Shown here one piece after another: positions 56,678-64,000 of a stretch of DNA of 64,000 bases (position 1 is its first letter; every line of letters starts with the position of its first letter). The stretch covers positions 224,001 to 288,000 of the forward strand of contig CAWKHF010000001.1 of NCBI GenBank assembly GCA_963849325.1, written 5' to 3'. The notes under the pieces are model-generated. The model was given only the letters and a program-made list of their open reading frames with translations. It ran no database searches and had not been told where the DNA came from. Made by a program: the position numbers and the translations under genes. The DNA is from an uncultured Planctomycetota bacterium (GTDB taxonomy: Bacteria; Planctomycetota; Planctomycetia; Gemmatales; Gemmataceae).

Positions 56678-57243
56678 GCCGATCGTATCGCGTCAGCGTC
56701 CGCGAGTGCCAGGATCGCACCATCCGCGCCGAGGACCACGTCAGCACCCAACTGGAAATCCTGGAAGTGCTGCCGCCTGAGCAGATGGCCGGCCTGCTCG
56801 CCGACGAGCTGGAGAAGCGCGGCTTCCAGCGCGACGGCACGCGCCTGAGCCGCCAGCAGAACGGCGTGACAATCGCGGTCGAGACAACCACCGGCACCGT
56901 CACGGTCGCCGCCGAGGCGTCCGAGCAAACCTCGATCGAGGCCGAGCGCACCGACCGCGCCTACGACGACGTCGGGCCGCACGCCAAGACGGTACGCGAA
57001 AACCTCAAGCAGCAGGTGCAGAAGGACATCGAAAAGAAGGTCGGCGAGAAGACGGCCGGCTTGCAGACGCAAGTCACCGACCGCCTCGAAGGCGAACTGA
57101 GCGACGTGCGCCAGGAGCTGGACCAGGTCGTCAACCGCGTCACGGCCGAGGCGCTCGAGCGCAAGGCCGCCCAGATGGGGCAGATCAAGGAAATGACCGA
57201 GGATCCGCAGGCGGGATCGCTCACCATCGTCGTGGAAGTCTGA
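56674..57243 (+). CDS. Hypothetical coiled-coil protein, putative FtsH-ternary-system component
   Basis: Clean ORF with GGGAGG RBS; MSRSYRVSVRE..ALERKAAQMGQI. Confidence 0.75.
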   Translation: MSRSYRVSVRECQDRTIRAEDHVSTQLEILEVLPPEQMAGLLADELEKRGFQRDGTRLSRQQNGVTIAVETTTGTVTVAAEASEQTSIEAERTDRAYDDVGPHAKTVRENLKQQVQKDIEKKVGEKTAGLQTQVTDRLEGELSDVRQELDQVVNRVTAEALERKAAQMGQIKEMTEDPQAGSLTIVVEV

Positions 57244-57252
57244 GATTTATGA

Positions 57253-57385
57253 GCTAACCACAGAGTCACAGAGAGCACAGAGAAGACAAGAAAAAAAGGC
57301 CGGAGAAGAAGAAAAGAAATAACTATGTGGGCTTCGTTTGCTTCTGTGTTTTCTTCTCTGTGCTCTCTGTGACTCTGGGGTTAGC
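57253..57385. repeat. Hairpin element, family C (purine-rich / pyrimidine-rich arms)
   Basis: GCTAACCaCAGAGTCACAGAGAGCACAGAGAAGA ... TCTTCTCTGTGCTCTCTGTGACTCTGgGGTTAGC. Confidence 0.85.
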
Positions 57386-57406
57386 ATAATACGCAGGACA
57401 TCGATC

Positions 57407-59623
57407 ATGTCCGTCCTCATCCCCGAAAACGATCTGCCGCAGGAGCTGACGGCCGAGCAGGCCGTCGAGGCGGCCTACTCCGCGGAGTTGGCCGAGGTCG
57501 CGTCCAAGCTGCAGCGCGGCCTGCCGACGCTGGTCGAGTGCGACAAGGACCTCGCACCCTTCCTCTACGTGAACCTCCGCAACCGGCTGCGGCGCCGTCA
57601 ACCTCGCGCTGCCTCTACCTCGACGGCCGGCCGCGCCAGGAGGAACAAGGGCAGGCGACGATGCCGATGGGTCTGATCGGCACCATGATCGCCCAGCTCC
57701 GCGAGGCGGTGCGCGGCGCCGGTCGAGCGCCGCGTCGTCGTGCTGCCGCACCTCGACCTGCTGACCACCAGCCAGGGCGGCCTGACCGCCGAGGCCCGCG
57801 AGGTCATCCCGCTGCTCTACGAGAACCCGGAGCTGGTCTGGCTCGGCTTCAAGGACCCGTCGTTCCCGCTGCCGCAGGTCATCGAGAACCTGTTCCCGCA
57901 CCGCGTCAGCCTGCTCGGCATCGCCCGCAATCGGCTGCGCCACCTGGTCACGCGCAAGGAGAGCCGCAAGTTCGGCCGCGAGTTCAACCCGTGGGCGCTG
58001 TACAAGTACGTCTCCGGCGTCAACGCCGTCCGCCTGCGCAAGCTGCTGTCCACGCTGGAAGGCGAGGACTACCCGGCCGACCCGCCGCATGCCTATCGCC
58101 AGCTCCGCCAGGCCACGCTCGGCGGCACGCTGGAAGTGCCGACGGTCAGCCTCGACGAGCGACATCGGCGGCTACGCCAAGGTCAAGGAGCGGCTGCGTA
58201 ACGAGATCCTCGACGTGCTGGCCCGCAAGGACCACCTGACCAGCGAGGACCAGATCCGCGCGCATGGAGGAGCTGATCCCCAAGGGCATGATCTTCTGGG
58301 GACCGCCCGGCACCGGCAAGACGCTGTTCGCCAAGGCGATGGCCGCGGAGATCGGCGCCGCCGTCACCGTCGTCTCCGGCCCGGAATTGAAGAGCAAATG
58401 GGTCGGCGAAAGCGAAGAGAACCTCCGACAGATCTTCCACAAGGCCCGCGCAGTCGGCGCCGTCGATCATCGTCTTCGACGAACTGGACTCGTTCGCCTC
58501 GGCGCGCGGCACCTACACCGGCTCCGGCGTCGAGCACTCGATGGTCAACCAGCTGCTTGACCGAGATGGACGGCTTCCACCGCGAGGAGATGGTCTTCGT
58601 CGTCGGCACGACGAACTTCGTCGAGATCCTCGACCCGGCCCTGTTGCGTCCCGGCCGGTTCGAGTTCCACCTGCACATCCCCTACCCCGACGCCGACGCC
58701 CGCCGCGAGATCCTCCGGATCTACGACCAGAAGATGGGCCTGAAGATGACGCGAGGAGACGCTGGAGTACGCGGTCAAGCGCACCGGCTCGGGCTACCTG
58801 ACGCCGCACGGCACGTCGTTCAGCGGCGACCACCTCAACGCCCTGTGCCGGGCGATGGCCCGCCTTCGCCTGCGCGAAGGTCGCACCGACGAGACGCACG
58901 CCGGAGGACGTCGAGCGGGCCCTGACCGAGTACGAGGACCGTCCCAAGATGACGCCGGCCGAGGAGCGGGTGGTGGCCACCCACGAGGCCGGCCACGCCA
59001 TCTGCTCGCTGTTCTGCAAACACACGCCGCCCATCGAGCGCATCACCATCGAGAGCGACAACCCCTGGGCGTTCGGCTACGTCCGCCATCAGGACCCGGC
59101 CCATCGCTACATCCGCACGCGCAACGAATACCTCGACGCCATCTGCGTCGCCCTCGGCGGCCGCGAGGCCGAGCCGCTGCTGCTGGACGATCTGTCGATG
59201 GGGGCCGTCGGCGACCTGGAGACGGCCACGGCCATCGCCCGCGAGCTGGTCGAAGTCCACGGCCTGGGCGGTCCCGAGGTCGGCATGGCTCGCTTCGTCT
59301 CCGACAAGGATGAACGGCAGCGCCGCGCCGACCTGTCCGAGAGTCAGAAGGAAGCGCTCGACCGCGCCGTCCGCGCCTTCTTGGAGGAGGGCCGGCTGCG
59401 CGCCGCCCAGATCCTGCGCGAGAACCGTGCCCTGCTGGAGGCGCTGCGCGATCTGCTGATGGAGAAAAAGACCATCGACGCCAGGACCATTCGCCAGTTC
59501 GCCGGCGACAAGGCGGCGCCGAAGGAGCACTGGCCCGAGGGCGAGTCGGCCGTCGGCGGTAAGGAGAAGGACGAGAAGAAGCCGCGATCGCGGGACAAGG
59601 CTAGGGCCGAGCGCGGCGTTTGA
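57407..59623 (+). CDS. Soluble FtsH-like AAA+ ATPase with M41-type zinc peptidase domain (frameshifted)
   Basis: [48 protein letters not shown]; no TM segments. Confidence 0.88.
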
Positions 59624-59648
59624 CGCACCCAGCGAGAAGGAGACGGCA

Positions 59649-59918
59649 ATGGCCGAAATGACCATCCGGCTGGTCCGCGATCCGGAAACCGGCAAACAGA
59701 ACATCATCGTGAAATTGCGCTCCGACGAGGACGCCTTGCCGCACGAACACGAGCAGATGCACCGGGCGCTGGTGGACAAGCTCATCAACGGCGGCATCGT
59801 CAAGGCCGCCGAAGTGGGCAACATCGTTGTCGAGCGCGAGGAGGAAACGGCCACGCCGGAGCCGACGAGGAACGCGCCCGAGACGCAGCGACAGGCGCAG
59901 CGACAGGTGGGTTCCTGA
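59649..59918 (+). CDS. Small hypothetical protein, putative FtsH-ternary-system component
   Basis: AAGGAG RBS; MAEMTIRLVRDPETGK..DALPHEHEQMHR. Confidence 0.75.
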   Translation: MAEMTIRLVRDPETGKQNIIVKLRSDEDALPHEHEQMHRALVDKLINGGIVKAAEVGNIVVEREEETATPEPTRNAPETQRQAQRQVGS

Positions 59919-59924
59919 GTTCCC

Positions 59925-59978
59925 CGTTTAGCCGCGACGCGCAGCGGAGCGCGCTCCGCTGCGCGTCGCGGCTAAACG
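59925..59978. repeat. Palindromic REP-like element, family A
   Basis: CGTTTAGCCGCGACGCGCAGCGGAGCG|CGCTCCGCTGCGCGTCGCGGCTAAACG. Confidence 0.93.
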
Positions 59979-59998
59979 AAGCGGAGTCGTGGTTCCTT

Positions 59999-62900
59999 AT
60001 GATCGTCAAGTTTCCCGATCTCGATACGCTGCGATTGGCCCTCACATCGGGAGCGATCCCGGTGGAGGTGGCCCAGAAGGCGGCCGTCGCTGGCTTCGGC
60101 GCAGGACGAACTCTGGGTCGAGACGCCGTCCAAGCTGTCCGCCGCGGTGCAGAAGGAACTGAAACGCCTCGGCGTCCTGGTGTGCAAGGCCAGCGGCGCC
60201 GCCCTTTGTACCAAGGTCTCTTCCTGGCTCGAACTGCTGCCACTCGTGCGCGACGCCGCCCCGCCGGAGTCTCTTGAACAGGCGCCGGTGCTGTTCGACG
60301 TGTCCGGTGGCGAGGAATTGTCTCGCCTGGTCCTGGAGATGCTGCGGCTGGGCAACGACCGGCAGAGCTTCCGCTGGCTGGAAGAGGCGGCGGCAAAAAC
60401 GGCGATGGCAGCCGGGCGCTGCTGCGCGTAGTCGGCCCGCCCTATTACTCGCTGCTGCGCGCCATCGATCAACTCGGCGGACCCGGCGCTGCCCCGCACG
60501 CCTTCCTCGAACGCGCTCCGGGCGTGTGGGTCGAGGTGAGTCATCGCCATCCGTTGGACTCCGCCATCCGCCCGCCCAAGGGCAAGCTCTTGCTGCTCCG
60601 TCCGCCGCGTCATTGGGTATTGCTCCCAGACGCTCCTTTCCGCGATGTCTACGAGATCGTCGAATTCCAGTTGCCCGACGCCGCCACGCGCTGGCAGGAC
60701 AGCCCGCTTCGGACCCGGCTCCGCGTCGCGCCGCGTTTGCGGCAGGCGGGGCCGGCCGACGGCGCCGAGCTGTGGGTGCTGCGCGGCGAGGTCATCGAGG
60801 AGTTGAACCGCTTCGTGCAGAACGCCGAGGACCAGCTGCTCGCCCGGTTGGCCTTCGCCGTCGGCGAGAAAAACGGACAGACCATCGTCGTGTTGCGCGT
60901 GCGGCCCTCGAAGCTGCCGCCGCCGGTCGTCATCCTGCCGGCCGAGGCGTACAAAAGCTATCTCAAATTGCCGAACCTGTTCCTGCCGGTCGGCCACATC
61001 CTGCATCCGCCACTGCGCCGCGACATCGTCCGCAAGTTGCTGGCCGAGGACGTCACCCAGATCACCTGGCTGGCTCCGGGCGAAGACAGTGCGTTCACGC
61101 CGGAAGGTCTCCCCGAAGACGTGTTTCGACCGCTGACCGATTGGGTCGATTACGTGCTCGACCGCGACAAGAAGTTACTGCAAGCCTGGGTGCAAGCGAT
61201 GCAATTCGAGTTCGAGCCGTTCGTCTGCGACGAGGAACAGCCGTCCAGACCGAAGAAGCCGCCGGACGCGGAGAAACCGCGCGGCCGCAAGTCCGGCCAA
61301 CCGCGCGGCGCGACAGAGGGTACGGCGGGCGAGTTGACGGCCTACGAGGTGCGGGACGAGGCACCCGAGGGGGAGGAGGAAACCGCGCTGGAAGCCTTCG
61401 CCGCCGTGGAGAAGATCGAGCCGAGCGAAATCCAGAAGGAGCTGCACGCCGTCGAGGAGGAATTTCTGTCGCTGCCGGGCACGCTGGACGACGACGCCCA
61501 CCAGGCACTATGGCCGCGGCTGGCCGAACTCAACGCTCGGCTCGGTAAGACGGAGGATGCCGGCATCTGCTGGCTCAACGCCCTGTGGGAGTCCGGTAAG
61601 GGACCGAACGGTGCCGCCCGATGGACGGCGGCGTGGTTGCGCCGAGGCCATCGGGGCCGCGCACCGCTCCTCCGCCGGCCCGCGCGAGACGCGCTCATGG
61701 ATCGCTCGGCTGGCCGCGACATCGGATACCGACTGCGAGGCGGCCGCCGAGGCTCTGGATCTCCTGCTTCAATCCGAAGAGCCGACGACGGCCGACGTTC
61801 CGCGCCCTGGCCGCGTACCTCGTGGGATCGGCGCGCCGCAACCCGCGGCCAACGGTGCTGGCGCCGCGTTTGCAGGCCGTGCAGCGCATTCTGGAAAAGC
61901 ACGAACGGTTGCTGCCGGTGCGGGCCTGCTGGCTGGCGTGGTATCACCTTGCTCAACTGCTCGACGGCGACGTGCTGGCCCTGGCCCGCGCCCGCGATCG
62001 GCTGCTTGAACGCCTCTTTCACAACGGCCTGCGCCCCGAGCAGGATTTACCGACCTTCCTGCGTTTCGCCGGCCAACCGACGAGTCAGCGTTTCCACGAC
62101 GTGCGCGAATGGTTGGGCCGCCTTCTGGAAGGGGTACGCAACTGGATCGGGAAAGCCTCCCCCAATACCGTGGGAGTCTATCCGGAAGCGAAGACGGCGG
62201 CGTATGTCGATCTGATCTTCGCCTTCGGCTTCGCACGCCTCAGCGAATACGATGAGAGCCATCATTTACGGAACAGGGCCGGGGCCGTCCTGGCGAACGA
62301 AAAGGCGGCCCACCGGCTCCTTTTCGATTCGTTTCAGTATCGCATCCGCCAGACCCTGGAAGGAGTCCCTTGCCGAGGGCCGCTGCCCGCGGAGATCACC
62401 AATCAGCTGCAACCTCTCCGCCAATCGCGCAAAGAGAATGAGATCGATCAGACTTACGTCGTGGACAGCTTGCGCTCAGTTTCGCGCATCCTGGAGCCGG
62501 AGCAGAGACTGTATCCCTATCGGCACGTGCAAGCGACAGACGGCGAACTGGGACGATTGGCGGCCGAAGTACCGGACCTTACGGATCGTGAAGAGATTTC
62601 TCACCGCCTTCTTGCGCTCTTGCAGGCGGTGGGCAAGGGGGTAAAAAATCATCACGCGCGGCTTAAAGCCTTGAATCTGGCGTTAGAGCAGCGCCCCGTA
62701 TCGGGGAGGACTTCGCTCGGAGTATGCTCGATCAGGCCATAGCCGCTTACGATAAAGTTCCCGAGACCAACGACCCTATCCTCCTCGAAGATCGATGCTC
62801 GCTTCTGGAGAAGGCGCTATTCGTCGCCGCCCACTTCGACCAGGTAGAGCAAATCCATGCTCTGCTCGATCGGTTCAAGGGTCTTTTCCGCGGACAGTCC

Positions 62901-63485
62901 CAGTCTCTGGTAATGGAAAACCTGGAGAGGCTGATCGCCAACTGCTTCCGTGGCCTACGTAAGCTCGGCATGCGTGAAGAGATCGATCAATTACTTTCAC
63001 AGATCACGGCGGCACTCGTGGAGACCAAGGACATCGAATTGCTGGACCGAAGGAAACTAGCTGAAAAACCCGAGGTTTTACAGGCGCTGCTGCAGGTTGC
63101 CGCCGGCTGGTATTCTTTTGGCCGAGATGACTCCGCTATGGCGATTGTCCGTATCGCCCGCGATGTTCTTTACAACCAAACCATGCTCCCACTGCCACGG
63201 ACGCGATTAGCCTGCACCTTCGCCGCTACCCTCGGACAAGCGCCGGTGGAAACGGCCAAAAAGGGATTGGAAGAACTGTTCGACCGATTGGATACGCTCT
63301 TGAATCTGCGCACCATGAGTTCCTTTTACAATCAGTTGCAGTTACGAGTTGTGGAAACCGCTGTACTGGCCGTCGTGAGCGACGACTTCACCCAAGGCAC
63401 GCAAGCACGTCGCTGGCTCGACGATGACGAGTTCCTCGTTCGCCGCCGCATCCACAACGATGTCCGCGACTCAGCTGTAGAATAA
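59999..63485 (+). CDS. Large hypothetical protein (about 1160 aa reconstructed), putative FtsH-ternary-system component (frameshifted)
   Basis: Coding signal continues across ORF pieces starting at 59999, 60147, 60524, 61621 and 62724; ends ARRWLDDDEFLVRRRIH. Confidence 0.7.
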
Positions 63486-63492
63486 GTGTTTG

Positions 63493-63559
63493 TCCGAGCC
63501 TGAAGCGTCAGCGAAGAGTGCTGTTCCTTCTGTTCCTTCGCTGACGCTTCAGGCTCGGA
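63493..63559. repeat. Palindromic REP-like element, family B
   Basis: TCCGAGCCTGAAGCGTCAGCGAAG ... CTTCGCTGACGCTTCAGGCTCGGA. Confidence 0.9.
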
Positions 63560-63579
63560 AGGAATGGGGCCGATCCGTT

Positions 63580-64000
63580 ATGCCTGCGAAAACTGCCGCG
63601 AACAACAACTCCGCCGCGGAACACCGCGAGGACTGGACGCTCGAAGAGCTGCAGGACGAGGCCGAGGAGCTGCGCAGCGCGCATCAACCGCTTCCGCACA
63701 TCGCTGGGCCGATTCTTCGTCAAGAAGCAGGAACTCATCGACCTGATGGTCGTCGCGGCCGTCGCCCAGGAGCCGCTGCTGCTCGTCGGGCCGCCGGGCA
63801 CCGCCAAGTCCGACCTCGTCCTCAAGTTCAAGGACGCCCTCGGCCTGGGCGAGGACGATTACTTCGAGTACATGCTGACGCGCTTCACCGAGCCGTCGGA
63901 GATCATCGGCCCCATCGACATCAGCCAAGCTGCGCGAGGGCCGCTACATCCGCCGCGAGCAGGGCAAGCTGCCGACCGCCCGGCTGGCCTTCCTCGACGA
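63580..64000 (+). CDS. MoxR/RavA-like AAA+ ATPase (partial, frameshifted, not in the ORF track)
   Basis: Translated by hand: QEPLLLVGPPGTAKSDLV; YFEYMLTRFTEPSEIIGP; GKLPTARLAFLDE. Confidence 0.88.
   Translation, partial: MPAKTAANNNSAAEHREDWTLEELQDEAEELRSAHQPLPHIAGPILRQEAGTHRPDGRRGRRPGAAAARRAAGHRQVRPRPQVQGRPRPGRGRLLRVHADALHRAVGDHRPHRHQPSCARAATSAASRASCRPPGWPSST

Overview
This is a high-GC bacterial window, very likely from a planctomycete (Gemmataceae-like). That call is inferred from the DUF1501 and PSD1/DUF1553 genes, the WD40 'DxYGDPLPPG' leader and the 'LADALEEAGC...HVRGCW' family. Many single-base frameshifts look like long-read assembly errors, so several CDS coordinates are reconstructed across frames. 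Contents in order: WD40 protein; DUF1553-DUF1501 pair split by a small two-gene module; complete group 1h-type [NiFe]-hydrogenase locus (hypFCD, SIS gene, hypE, hhySL, accessory genes, protease, hypAB); type I R-M system next to tRNA-Ile2(CAT); secretin-like protein, galM and malic enzyme; a second DUF1553-DUF1501 pair split by a low-GC islet (two paralogous 39/44-aa peptides, a 3-TM protein, a TA remnant, FkbM); an internally deleted ISAs1-like element; a type II R-M system with Vsr, controller protein and visible C-boxes; a Rieske/cytochrome b complex with an 8-heme cytochrome and three cupredoxin-like paralogues; and the first part of a soluble FtsH/MoxR ternary conflict-type operon. Several families of palindromic REP-like elements are present, and three palindromes are translated in frame inside proteins.
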